Below are positions 16,373 through 25,148 of a stretch of 49,251 nt of DNA, piece after piece. Within the stretch, counting starts at the first letter, position 1. Each line of letters opens with the position of its first letter. A program made the position numbers and the translations under genes. A model generated the notes under the pieces. That model saw only the letters and a list, made by a program, of their open reading frames with translations, searched no databases and had not been told where the DNA came from. Location: the IMG/VR virus record IMGVR_UViG_3300010219_000069, positions 1 to 49,251 of that record. One strand, given 5' to 3'. This stretch comes from a virus. Its lineage: Duplodnaviria > Caudoviricetes.

Positions 16373-18666
16373 CAGCGGCCTCCCATCCGGTTACGCTGGA
16401 GGTGCTTCAGTGCACCTCCCGTTTTGCTGCCGTTCAACAGAGCATTGGCGACCAGATCATCGATCTGGACCTGAAGGCTCGGCCCGTTCGGGCCATCCTG
16501 TTTCGTCGCTGTCACCTGCGCTGAACTGTTGTTGTTGATGATCACCTGCATGGGCGTATTGGTGTTAGCTGCTGGGCCGCCCTGCATGGTGACAGGGATC
16601 GACCGTCCATCCGGCAGCGGCACATAGGCCTCCGGCATGCGGCCCTCACCGAAGAGCGCCACCTGCGGCGTCCGTGCGATGCCGCCGCTGGCGTACTTGT
16701 TCAGCGGGGCGAGGCCATATTCGGTCATGATGCCGCCGTTAGCGAGCGCAGGACCGAGCGGCTGGAAGAGGCTCTTCATCCCGCCGAACAGGGCCCCGAA
16801 GATCCCGCCGGGTGCTCCATTCTGGCCTTGGAGCCCAAAGAGACCGGCAAGCGGCCCCTGCCCCATCAACGCCGCCTGCAAGGCCGCATTGGCGATGCTC
16901 TTGGCGATGTTGTTGAACACGTCCTCGACGCTCTTGCCCTCGATGAAAAGGTCGGAGAGGGCGTCGGTCGCCATGTCGCCGAAATACTGCTGTGCCTCGT
17001 TGAGAGCTTCCTGCTGTTTGCGCACCGCCTCCAACTGCTCGACAGAGGCCCTGCGTGCTTCGACTTCGGCGTCGATGGCTCGTTGCATATCGTCCGAGAT
17101 ATCGAGCCCGCGCTTCTTGGCCGCCGTTTCCAGTTCGATCCGGAGTCGCGCAGCCTCAAGTTCGCCACCGTACTGCCCATAGAGACGGGTTTCCTCCTCG
17201 ATCTGCTTGGTACGGCCCTGCGCGGTGGTGAGAGCGCGCTGGAACGCATCTTCGTCCGCTTGTGCCCCGCGTGCTGCGCGGCGCGCGTCCGCCTCGGCCT
17301 TGCGGCGGGCTTCCTCATCCTGCTTTTCCTTCTCGCGTTGTCTGGCACGTTCTTGAGCTGCCAGGGTCTCCTGGTCGACAGCCTCCAGCATGTCCGGCGT
17401 CACGATAGGATCGCTCAGACCTTTCCTGCGCAGTTCCGCAACACGTTCAAAATCAGAGAGCTTGGGCAAGCCGATCTTGGAAAGCTCACTCATGGCGGCG
17501 CTGAACTCTCTAACGGCACCGATATTGCCGCTCGCAGCCCCGCCGAGAATATCAAGTCCCTTGGCGGCCTCCTTGACTTTCTGCCCCAATTTGTCGGCGC
17601 TATCCGAGGCCATCAGAAGCTCACGGCCCGCCGCCTGGATATTGGCATTATCACGGAAGCGGTTCATCAATTCGGCGATTGCATCTCGGTAGCCCTCGAT
17701 ATCCGGCTTACCCTGGCGCAACTGCTCCTGGAACCGCGCGATGATGTCGGTGAACGCAGAAAACCTCGACGACTCGACAACACTGCGCGAGAAGGCTTGC
17801 AACTCAGCGCCTGTTTGAGGATCGATGCCCATGGATACACCCGGCATCGACTTCACAAGGCTTTCCGCCGCTTTCTTCATCTCGTCTTGGAGTTGATTCA
17901 TGTTGGCGCGTAGCTGCGCCTCGATGACCTTCAGACTCTTGCTGGCGTAATCGTCCACACCTTTAGCGGCCTCTCCATATGCGCCTTTCAGGTCGCGGAT
18001 GATGTCAGCATGGGCCTTCAGCTTGTCGTCAAGGGTCTGGACCTCAGAACCGGCTCCGCTGATATACTGGAGCAAGGCACCGCCGGCCGCGATAGCCCCG
18101 ATCGTCACCAGATTGACAGGGCTGATCAGCGACATAAAGGCCCCGCCCAAAGCCTTCACCGCGCCGCGGGCGCCGCCTGGCGCATCCCCGAGCACCTGAG
18201 AAATCTGCGTGCCTTGCTGAACCGCGATCTGGAGCGGGTTCGTGCCAGCCGCCAACTGTACGGCGATATCATTGAACTGCGCGGCAAGGTTGCCGGTCTG
18301 GCTGAGCAGGTTGTTATTGGCAGCCGCCACCGTGCCAAAGCGAGCCCGCAATTTCTCCAGCGATGCCGCATACTGATCGGCATCAATCTTGCCCTGGCTG
18401 AAGGCCCGGTCAAGGATCTGCTGCCCCCGCGCCATCTGCTGCTGAGCGCGGAAGGCAGGGTCGATCTGTGCAGCAAGGCGCTCGAAAGCCCTGCCAACGT
18501 CCAATTGCCGGCGCGTCGCTGTGTCCGTGACCTTCGCCGCTTCCTCGCTGGCCTGCCCTACCTTGGCATGAGCGTCGGCAACCCGGTTCAGGTCCGACGT
18601 GACCTTATCGAGGCCATCGGAGACCCCGCGCACGGTCACGGTATCAATGGTGTTCGTCGCTGCCAT
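16372..18666 (-). CDS. Tail tape measure protein
   Basis: 764 aa, Ala-rich helical; NLAAQFNDIAVQLAAGTNPLQIAVQQGTQI and ASGGI...FGEGRMPEAYVPL motifs. Confidence 0.92.
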   Translation of the reverse strand: MAATNTIDTVTVRGVSDGLDKVTSDLNRVADAHAKVGQASEEAAKVTDTATRRQLDVGRAFERLAAQIDPAFRAQQQMARGQQILDRAFSQGKIDADQYAASLEKLRARFGTVAAANNNLLSQTGNLAAQFNDIAVQLAAGTNPLQIAVQQGTQISQVLGDAPGGARGAVKALGGAFMSLISPVNLVTIGAIAAGGALLQYISGAGSEVQTLDDKLKAHADIIRDLKGAYGEAAKGVDDYASKSLKVIEAQLRANMNQLQDEMKKAAESLVKSMPGVSMGIDPQTGAELQAFSRSVVESSRFSAFTDIIARFQEQLRQGKPDIEGYRDAIAELMNRFRDNANIQAAGRELLMASDSADKLGQKVKEAAKGLDILGGAASGNIGAVREFSAAMSELSKIGLPKLSDFERVAELRRKGLSDPIVTPDMLEAVDQETLAAQERARQREKEKQDEEARRKAEADARRAARGAQADEDAFQRALTTAQGRTKQIEEETRLYGQYGGELEAARLRIELETAAKKRGLDISDDMQRAIDAEVEARRASVEQLEAVRKQQEALNEAQQYFGDMATDALSDLFIEGKSVEDVFNNIAKSIANAALQAALMGQGPLAGLFGLQGQNGAPGGIFGALFGGMKSLFQPLGPALANGGIMTEYGLAPLNKYASGGIARTPQVALFGEGRMPEAYVPLPDGRSIPVTMQGGPAANTNTPMQVIINNNSSAQVTATKQDGPNGPSLQVQIDDLVANALLNGSKTGGALKHLQRNRMGGR

Positions 18667-18673
18667 GTGGAAC

Positions 18674-19024
18674 CTATGGGCGGGGTTTGCGCTTCGCCAG
18701 CTCGGTCATGTACGAGCCGTCCATGCTGCGGATGAGGAAGAAGAACCGCTCGAACTCGTCGGGATCGGTGATCCCGTAGCGAGCGGCATAACGGTCGACG
18801 GCGGTGAAGGGGATGGGGCCTGCGGCCCCGAAGCCGAGCGGGCGGTCATTGTTGAGGTCCCAGAACGCCCGCCAGACGAAGAGGAGATGCGGCGCGACCT
18901 CCGGCCGGTCGGCAATCGATTGCGCCAGGTCCTCGCCCCGCTCGGCGGCCACTTCCTGAAGCCAGTCGGATATTCCGCTCTGCCCCCAGGACAGCCGCCA
19001 CAGCAGGGCGTCTGTCAGTTTTTT
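18674..19024 (-). CDS. Tail assembly chaperone gpT-like segment (via -1 frameshift)
   Basis: Open -1 frame from the slippery site (KKLTDALLW...WRAFWDL...GPIPF) to just before the tape measure gene. Confidence 0.8.
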   Translation of the reverse strand, partial: KKLTDALLWRLSWGQSGISDWLQEVAAERGEDLAQSIADRPEVAPHLLFVWRAFWDLNNDRPLGFGAAGPIPFTAVDRYAARYGITDPDEFERFFFLIRSMDGSYMTELAKRKPRP

Positions 19025-19425
19025 GCGTCTTCCTCGATGCCAAGAGCGCCCTCGTCGGCAACGATGCTGGCAGCCCAGGCCACCGCATCGCGGAACCGGC
19101 GCCACTTCGGATTGAGAAGCAGCTCCTTGGCCAGGTCCTTCGAGTAAGGCGTTTGCTGCCCATTGATCATAACGCCGTCCCAATCGAGAAGAACCGTCTC
19201 GAGGAGGCACGTCGCGGTGATGCGGTCGAGATCTTCCGGATCGATCTTGCCGCCCTGCTTCCTGGCGCGCGGAAGGGCGTCGATGAGGCGGGCCTGCAGC
19301 TTGCGGTAATCGGCATTGCCGACGCCGCGCACCTTCAGGCGCAGATCGCCCATCTCCGGGATATGATCGACCCAGGCCCCCTGCTCGAACCGCGTGGCAT
19401 CGATCGCGATATCATTCAGCTCCAT
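19015..19425 (-). CDS. Tail assembly chaperone gpG-like
   Basis: GAWV...LKVRG...LLDWDGV...PYS; between the tail tube and tape measure genes. Confidence 0.82.
   Translation of the reverse strand: MELNDIAIDATRFEQGAWVDHIPEMGDLRLKVRGVGNADYRKLQARLIDALPRARKQGGKIDPEDLDRITATCLLETVLLDWDGVMINGQQTPYSKDLAKELLLNPKWRRFRDAVAWAASIVADEGALGIEEDAKN
19018..19024 (-). other. -1 ribosomal frameshift slippery heptamer A AAA AAC
   Basis: Minus strand GCA AAA AAC TGA at the end of the gpG-like gene. Confidence 0.82.
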
Positions 19426-19630
19426 TGTGAGCGTCCTTCTTTGCCGTGGCCTTCGGCCCGGTCTTGCTGGTTTCCTTGGCGAGGCCCTTTTCGATCAAGA
19501 TGTCGGCATACGCATCCGACACCTCCACGACCTCACCCTTGACGAAGCTGACCTTCTTCGAGGCCGGATAGCCGTCGAAGGTGTCGGTGATCTCTATGGT
19601 CCGCACGTGGCCCTCCTTATGCGACGGCAC
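19412..19630 (-). CDS. Small hypothetical virion protein
   Basis: KGEVVEVSDAYADILIEKGLAK; true start possibly the internal GTG. Confidence 0.6.
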   Translation of the reverse strand: MPSHKEGHVRTIEITDTFDGYPASKKVSFVKGEVVEVSDAYADILIEKGLAKETSKTGPKATAKKDAHNGAE

Positions 19631-20546
19631 GGGTGATCTTCATGCTGCACTGTTCGACGGGATCGTAGACGGCGCGGAGCGGCATGCTCACGATCACGTC
19701 GTCGCTCTGGCCGCCTGCGCGCACCTCGCCGTTTCCGAAGATGACCTTCGGGAGCAGGAAGGTGTATTTCGATCCGGAGGCGAGGCCGAGCGTGAACGAA
19801 ATCGAGCCGGAGCCGTGATCGAGCACCTTCTGATAAAGGTCGTTCGACTGGAAATAGGTCTCGATGGTGCCCGTCACGTCGCACATGCCCTCCCCGAGCT
19901 CGTCGGAGTAGACATTGCCGACCAAGGGTCGGTTGCGGAGATTGTTGGCAATCTGCAAATTCAGGGTGCGGGTCGGAGGGTTGGCGCCCAGGCCCGTCAC
20001 GGCAAGGTTCGCCACGCTGGCCGAAGAGGACATGACCGGGGTGGAGGCCGGAGCGGCATAAGTCGCACCCGTCACCGCGGCGTCGTCCAGTTCCTCGCGG
20101 ACGCCCATCAGGTCCATGGTGCCGGTCACGATCTGGCGCGAAGCGATGTCGAAGCTGATGGAGTTGACCATTACGCCCATAAAGCGGCGGTAGTTCTCCA
20201 CGCCGCCGACCGTGAGCGTCTCCTCGAAGGTGAGGCTGTGACGGGTCGTGCCGTTCTTGAGCACGTTCGTGGCCCAATTGTTGAACAGGGCCGCCGCCAG
20301 GATGTCGTCGAAGCTGCCGTAGGAGAACTCAAACGGGTAAGAGCCCGTCACGTCCATGCCGGTCAGGATCTCGTCGCGGATATTGCGGTCCGCCTGGACC
20401 TCCTGCGAGGTCGCGGTCGACTTGTTCGTCCGCAGGCCGCCGCCGGTGGTGCGGAGCGTCTTGAACGACGGGGTTGCGGGCGTCTGCCCGTAAACGGTCT
20501 CCGCGACATAAGCGACGCGGCGGCTGGCGCCAGTAGCGTAGGCCAT
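19617..20546 (-). CDS. Major tail tube protein
   Basis: AYVAETVYGQTP...LRTTG...LKNGT..HSLTFE; position after the tail terminator. Confidence 0.85.
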   Translation of the reverse strand: MAYATGASRRVAYVAETVYGQTPATPSFKTLRTTGGGLRTNKSTATSQEVQADRNIRDEILTGMDVTGSYPFEFSYGSFDDILAAALFNNWATNVLKNGTTRHSLTFEETLTVGGVENYRRFMGVMVNSISFDIASRQIVTGTMDLMGVREELDDAAVTGATYAAPASTPVMSSSASVANLAVTGLGANPPTRTLNLQIANNLRNRPLVGNVYSDELGEGMCDVTGTIETYFQSNDLYQKVLDHGSGSISFTLGLASGSKYTFLLPKVIFGNGEVRAGGQSDDVIVSMPLRAVYDPVEQCSMKITRAVA

Positions 20547-20577
20547 TGGTCAGGTCTCCTGCGATGGAAGGGAAAGG

Positions 20578-20988
20578 TCAGCCGATGCGGTCGAACTGGT
20601 AAGGGACGGCGACCGAAAGCTGGAAGTAGTTGCCAGTGTCGTTGCTGTCGTCGATGGCCGGCGGGGAAGGCGCGAAGGTCTCGACGCCGTCGAAGTGCTT
20701 GCCGCGGAACAGGGCGCGCAGCTCATCGGCCCATTGCAGGCCTTTGGTCACGCCGTCGCCGCGCTCCACGTTGATGACGAGCCGGAAGACACCTTCCTCC
20801 CGCCACACGTTCGCACCAGGCGAGCCAACCGAGATCTGCTCCTCGTTCGCCACCGGATACTGCACGGCGATGAAGGCCGAGCCATCCGCAGGGGTGCTCT
20901 CGTTCAGGTTCACCCCGACGAGCGGGGCTTTGTTCCAGTTGGCCGCAAGACGGGCGGCGACCGCATTCACGACGGCTTCGCTGGCCAT
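20578..20988 (-). CDS. Tail terminator-like protein
   Basis: REEGVFRLVINV..G.G...ADELRALFRG pattern; position. Confidence 0.72.
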   Translation of the reverse strand: MASEAVVNAVAARLAANWNKAPLVGVNLNESTPADGSAFIAVQYPVANEEQISVGSPGANVWREEGVFRLVINVERGDGVTKGLQWADELRALFRGKHFDGVETFAPSPPAIDDSNDTGNYFQLSVAVPYQFDRIG

Positions 20989-20995
20989 GGTCGTC

Positions 20996-21619
20996 CTAGA
21001 GTGTAATCACGATAGCAGGCGTGCGGTTCTCGCGATCCGTCTCGCGCCGCTGCTTGGGAGTGCCCTCGGTCGATGCCAAAGGCGTCCGGTAAGTGAACCG
21101 AATGTTCGCCATGTTGCCGAACCGCTTCTTGGCGAGAGCCGCCACCGCCTGGAACACGCCATCGGGGGCCTGGTCAGATAGGCCGCGCTCGATCTTCCGG
21201 GCATAGGGCTGCGTATTGAGGAACACGTACTCCTGCGCCGGCGGCACATTCGCACCCGGCTCCACCTCGACGCCATCGGCAAAGAAGGCGAAGGAGCGCT
21301 GATACTCACCGGTCAGAACCGGGGCATGGATGACGAGCTGCTCGCCGATCCAAGCGAAGAGATCGTCCAGAAGCTCGAAGTCGAAGACGATCACGCCATC
21401 CGGCTTGACCGACTCCAGCGGGGCGCCCTCGCGGCGGTCCACGAAGGTCTGATGCGGCGGCACCCGGCCGAGCGCCCGCCGGTTGACCTCCTGTGCCTCG
21501 GCAAGCCTCTCCCGCGCGTGAGCCGCGAGGCGAGCACTGCGGGCCTGCGGCGAGAGCGACCGCTGCATGATCAACTCGATGTTGCGGTTGATTGGGGTGA
21601 TCCTCGTGCGAACGGCCAT
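20996..21619 (-). CDS. Neck protein (HK97 gp10-like)
   Basis: APVLTGEYQRS...NTQPYARKIERGLSDQAPDGV. Confidence 0.72.
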   Translation of the reverse strand: MAVRTRITPINRNIELIMQRSLSPQARSARLAAHARERLAEAQEVNRRALGRVPPHQTFVDRREGAPLESVKPDGVIVFDFELLDDLFAWIGEQLVIHAPVLTGEYQRSFAFFADGVEVEPGANVPPAQEYVFLNTQPYARKIERGLSDQAPDGVFQAVAALAKKRFGNMANIRFTYRTPLASTEGTPKQRRETDRENRTPAIVITL

Positions 21620-21957
21620 CAGCCTCTCACCTGAAGCTCAATCCGGACCAGAACATCATCCATCCGGCGCGGCATCACCACCTCGACTGATCGCACCTTG
21701 CCGTCAAAGGTTAGCCAGTCGCCGCGCCTGATGTCTCCCGGCCATCCCGCAGCAGCCAGAAGACGCGGAGAAAGGATCACCTGACTGTCGCCCTGTATGA
21801 TCCCACCGACCAGTTCATCCGGCTTGTAGCCCCGCACATGGGCCTTCACGGTCGCCATGGCGGTCGGCGCGCTGGTCGTGCCACGACGCAAGATCACCGT
21901 TTGACCGTTCTTGCGGATTCCATGATCCAGTGAAGCGATGGCTTGACGCGGGGTCAT
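21619..21957 (-). CDS. Head-closure / head-tail adaptor
   Basis: VRGYKPDELVGGIIQGD...ELQVRG; start MTPRQ. Confidence 0.7.
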   Translation of the reverse strand: MTPRQAIASLDHGIRKNGQTVILRRGTTSAPTAMATVKAHVRGYKPDELVGGIIQGDSQVILSPRLLAAAGWPGDIRRGDWLTFDGKVRSVEVVMPRRMDDVLVRIELQVRG

Positions 21958-21958
21958 G

Positions 21959-22564
21959 TTAGGCCACCGTAGGCATGACGAAGGCGGCAAGAAGCCGCTC
22001 GGCCTCGGGATGGTTCAGATAAGAGGACTGTCCAGGCATCCAGTAATCGGTTCGACCGATCCCCTCGACGCTCTCGCTCTTCACGAGAATATCGCGTTGG
22101 CGGTTCCCCAGGATCGTCGCCGCCACCAGAGCCGTTGCCCGTTCCACATTGACAGGAAGGTTGCGGTTCTCCTGCCCTGGCAAGAGGTATCCCGCCGTAT
22201 AGACAACCTCGACTGGCCCCGTCGTCTCCCTGCCGTAACGGGCGCGGGAGCGCAGAATGCCGGCGCCCTTGTCGAGCCCGTAGCCGCTCTCGGCCAAAGT
22301 CGCGCCGTTGACGGTCTCAACGGCTACGACCGGGGTGCGCGTCAGGATGACTGTGCCATTCGACGCATCGTAGAATTCTTCCCTCACGGTTTCCCGTGCG
22401 AATACACGGTTACAATGCCTCTCGACCATGCCAGAGGCCTGATCAATCAGGGCATCAATCACGGCGTCGCCCAATCCCTCAGCGGCGGGGCCTGCTTCGG
22501 CCCGAACGGCTTCTCGGGTGGTCAAACGGGTCGCCGTCGCGGGCGTCACAACTTCAAGCGCCAT
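21959..22564 (-). CDS. Head-tail connector (gp6-like)
   Basis: LIDQASGMVERHCNRVF...VVYTAGY...LP...SESVEG. Confidence 0.78.
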   Translation of the reverse strand: MALEVVTPATATRLTTREAVRAEAGPAAEGLGDAVIDALIDQASGMVERHCNRVFARETVREEFYDASNGTVILTRTPVVAVETVNGATLAESGYGLDKGAGILRSRARYGRETTGPVEVVYTAGYLLPGQENRNLPVNVERATALVAATILGNRQRDILVKSESVEGIGRTDYWMPGQSSYLNHPEAERLLAAFVMPTVA

Positions 22565-22565
22565 G

Positions 22566-23414
22566 TCAAATCGCCTTTGCCGGAGTACCCACACGCACCG
22601 GCTCGACGGGCTTGGCTTCCTTCACCACGCCGTCGCGGCCATCTCGGCCTTTCTTGACGGAAAGGCGCCAGTCGCCGCCCTCCCCTGGCTTCGATGAGGT
22701 GTCCTTCTGGGCGATCCAGAACGAGCCGCCCCAGGTCACGCCATCGCCGGCCACGTAAGTCTTTCCCTCGCTGAAGATGCCGCGATCGATCACCACCGGA
22801 AGCGTGAACGCGAATTCCTTGACCCGCTCGCCTTTGGTGAATTTCAGGGTGACGGTCTTCTCGCCATCATAGGAGGCATCGAGATCGTCAAAGCCGAAGC
22901 CGTCCGCGCCGTCCTTCCCAGGAGCGCCGTCCTTGCCGACCACAGGCCCAAGATTGCGGGTCTCTCCGTTCGTCAGGGTCACGACAAGCTCACCAGCCCG
23001 ATCGATGATAGCACCTGCGAGGCCAACTCCGTCCTTGCCGTCCTTCGGGGTCGGCAATTCCTTGACGCGCTTCTCAACCTCGGAGGCGATCAGCGGAGTG
23101 ACATCCTCGACCGTGACGCTCTTGCCGTCCTGCGGAGCCGGGATGGCCGCAACCGCCTTCTGGACCTCTTCGGCGACCATGGCCGGGATATCGGGAAGCG
23201 CCGGCAGTTCGATTGCCTCGACGGCGTTCTTCAGCCCTGTGACCTCTTCAGCGATGATCTGGCGGACCTCGCCAAGATCGGCGTCCTTGCCGTCGCGAGG
23301 CGTCGGCAGAGCGTCGAAGCGCTTCTCTAACGCCTCCATCCGGCTCAGGATTGGGGCCAGTTGGCCCTTGACGATTTCGGCAAGCTCCTGGCCGAAAGTC
23401 TTAGCGTCGATCAT
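22566..23414 (-). CDS. Post-portal protein with GKDG collagen-like repeats
   Basis: Repeated P(R/K/Q)DGK(D/S); C-terminal YVAGDGVTWGGSFWIA...DWRLSVKKGRDG. Confidence 0.7.
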   Translation of the reverse strand: MIDAKTFGQELAEIVKGQLAPILSRMEALEKRFDALPTPRDGKDADLGEVRQIIAEEVTGLKNAVEAIELPALPDIPAMVAEEVQKAVAAIPAPQDGKSVTVEDVTPLIASEVEKRVKELPTPKDGKDGVGLAGAIIDRAGELVVTLTNGETRNLGPVVGKDGAPGKDGADGFGFDDLDASYDGEKTVTLKFTKGERVKEFAFTLPVVIDRGIFSEGKTYVAGDGVTWGGSFWIAQKDTSSKPGEGGDWRLSVKKGRDGRDGVVKEAKPVEPVRVGTPAKAI

Positions 23415-24778
23415 GCCGCAAGCCTCTTTTGAAATGCCAGAGCCGCCTCTGCGAAGAATGCCCGCTCTTCGGCCTCCTGCCGTGCGGCATTGCCTCCTTC
23501 GGAGCCTTCGCGCAGAGCAGCTGGCGCCGTCCCAAAAGGATCGGCCTGCGCATCTCGCTTCGCGAGGGCCTCGAGGCTATAATTCTGCTGTTGGAGATAT
23601 GGGCTGTCGCCGCCCGCAACCGGCTTAAGGTCGATCTTCTTGCGGGCCTCATTGGGAGCCATCACGGCTGCGCCAACGGCCTCCTTGAGGACAGACATCT
23701 GAGTGACGCTATCCATCCGCAGGAGGTTGTCGACATCGAATTCCGTGCCGATGTTCTCGCCCATGCCGAGGCCTTCATCAAGGCAGAGTTCGATGGCCTC
23801 GATAAGCACCTGAAGGCATTGCGAATAATACTCGATGTTCAACGCCTGGACGTTGTTGTAGGTCGGCATCTGCCCTACGCCGATCTTGTACGGCGGGACG
23901 TGATAGGTCGAGCAGACGACCTCGGCGGACCACTTCAGCTGTTCGATGAGCTGAGAGTCGACGGCCTTCGCCTTCATGGCCTCGTATTTCAGGCCGTCGC
24001 CGAGCACGGCAACCTTACCGGAATTCTTGCCCGAATAGTTCTGCTCCCAGTGCTCCTTGAGGCGTTTGGCAGTGTCATCGCTGATCTTTTCCGGCGCGGT
24101 GAGAATGCCGCTTGGCTGCGCGCCGTTCTGGAAGAATAGCGTGCTGTCGTTCTGGATGGCGAGGCCATGGGTGGCTGCAAGCCCCCCTGCGAAGATGGGC
24201 GAGAGTCCGACCAGAGGGTGGAAGAAGCAGTTGAAGCGGTCGTGAATGACCTCCCGGGCCGGCACGGTCACGCTCTCAGGAAGCCCGCTCAGATTGTCCG
24301 TGTTGAGCTGGTAGAACACGCTGCCGTCCTCCGCCACAAGCGGCGTGACGAGGGTCCAGTCCAAGACATAGAGACGCTGAACAACGCTTCTGCCGTCCCT
24401 CTGCTTCAGAATAAGCGCATTGCCCCTCTGAAGTTTGGAGAGGACCCAGCTCTCAATGAATTGCATCCGGTTCTGGAAGTGGTTCGGCTTGCGCAGGACG
24501 GGCGAATAGGCCGGATTGGTCGTCTCGGCCCAGATGCCATCAGCATCCTTCTGGACGAGCTTGATCCGGAGCTTCGCGATGTCCGAGGCAATGAGAGTTC
24601 GGCAGGCGAAGTCGGCATGGTTCGACAGAACGGAATCATAGCGGATCTCGACGTTCTTCTGCCAAGCGCCTGCGAACGACTCCAGAATGCGCCACCAGCC
24701 GCGATTTTGAGCGACAGGCGATAGCGCCTTCTCTTCCGCCGCTCCTGCGCGGGTGATGTTGAGGCCGAAAAGGCGCAT
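23411..24778 (-). CDS. Portal protein, HK97 family
   Basis: LRKPN, IHDR...GLSPI, FFQNGAQPSGIL, VPPYKIG and PNEARK motifs. Confidence 0.95.
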   Translation of the reverse strand: MRLFGLNITRAGAAEEKALSPVAQNRGWWRILESFAGAWQKNVEIRYDSVLSNHADFACRTLIASDIAKLRIKLVQKDADGIWAETTNPAYSPVLRKPNHFQNRMQFIESWVLSKLQRGNALILKQRDGRSVVQRLYVLDWTLVTPLVAEDGSVFYQLNTDNLSGLPESVTVPAREVIHDRFNCFFHPLVGLSPIFAGGLAATHGLAIQNDSTLFFQNGAQPSGILTAPEKISDDTAKRLKEHWEQNYSGKNSGKVAVLGDGLKYEAMKAKAVDSQLIEQLKWSAEVVCSTYHVPPYKIGVGQMPTYNNVQALNIEYYSQCLQVLIEAIELCLDEGLGMGENIGTEFDVDNLLRMDSVTQMSVLKEAVGAAVMAPNEARKKIDLKPVAGGDSPYLQQQNYSLEALAKRDAQADPFGTAPAALREGSEGGNAARQEAEERAFFAEAALAFQKRLAA

Positions 24779-24781
24779 GGA

Positions 24782-25081
24782 TCAAGCCTTCGCTTCTGCG
24801 ATCTTCGCCCTGAGCGTCTCGGCATCCCAGCCTGCGAAAGGCTTCTTGCCGATGACTTCCTGATACTGCTTACGCAGGGCCGCCCTGTCCTCACCCGCTC
24901 CAGCCGTCTGAGGCGCTTTGTCCTGAGGAGCAAACCTCGGCGGCTTCGTGGCATTCTTCTTCATCGGCGCGGTATCGTCCGCCACCATGTCAGCGCGCTC
25001 ATAGCCGAGCTTGGAAAGCACACGGGCATAGCGAGGATCCCGGGCTTGAATCGCCCGCGTCATATAGGATGACTTCTTCAT
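24782..25081 (-). CDS. Hypothetical head-region protein
   Basis: LRKQYQEVIGKKPFAGWDAETLRAKIAE helical C-terminus; GGAGG RBS. Confidence 0.7.
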   Translation of the reverse strand: MKKSSYMTRAIQARDPRYARVLSKLGYERADMVADDTAPMKKNATKPPRFAPQDKAPQTAGAGEDRAALRKQYQEVIGKKPFAGWDAETLRAKIAEAKA

Positions 25082-25148
25082 GGCAGCCTCCTCCTGAGGG
25101 AACCGGCCCCGCGGACGGGACCGGCCGTTTCAATGAGACACACGAGCC

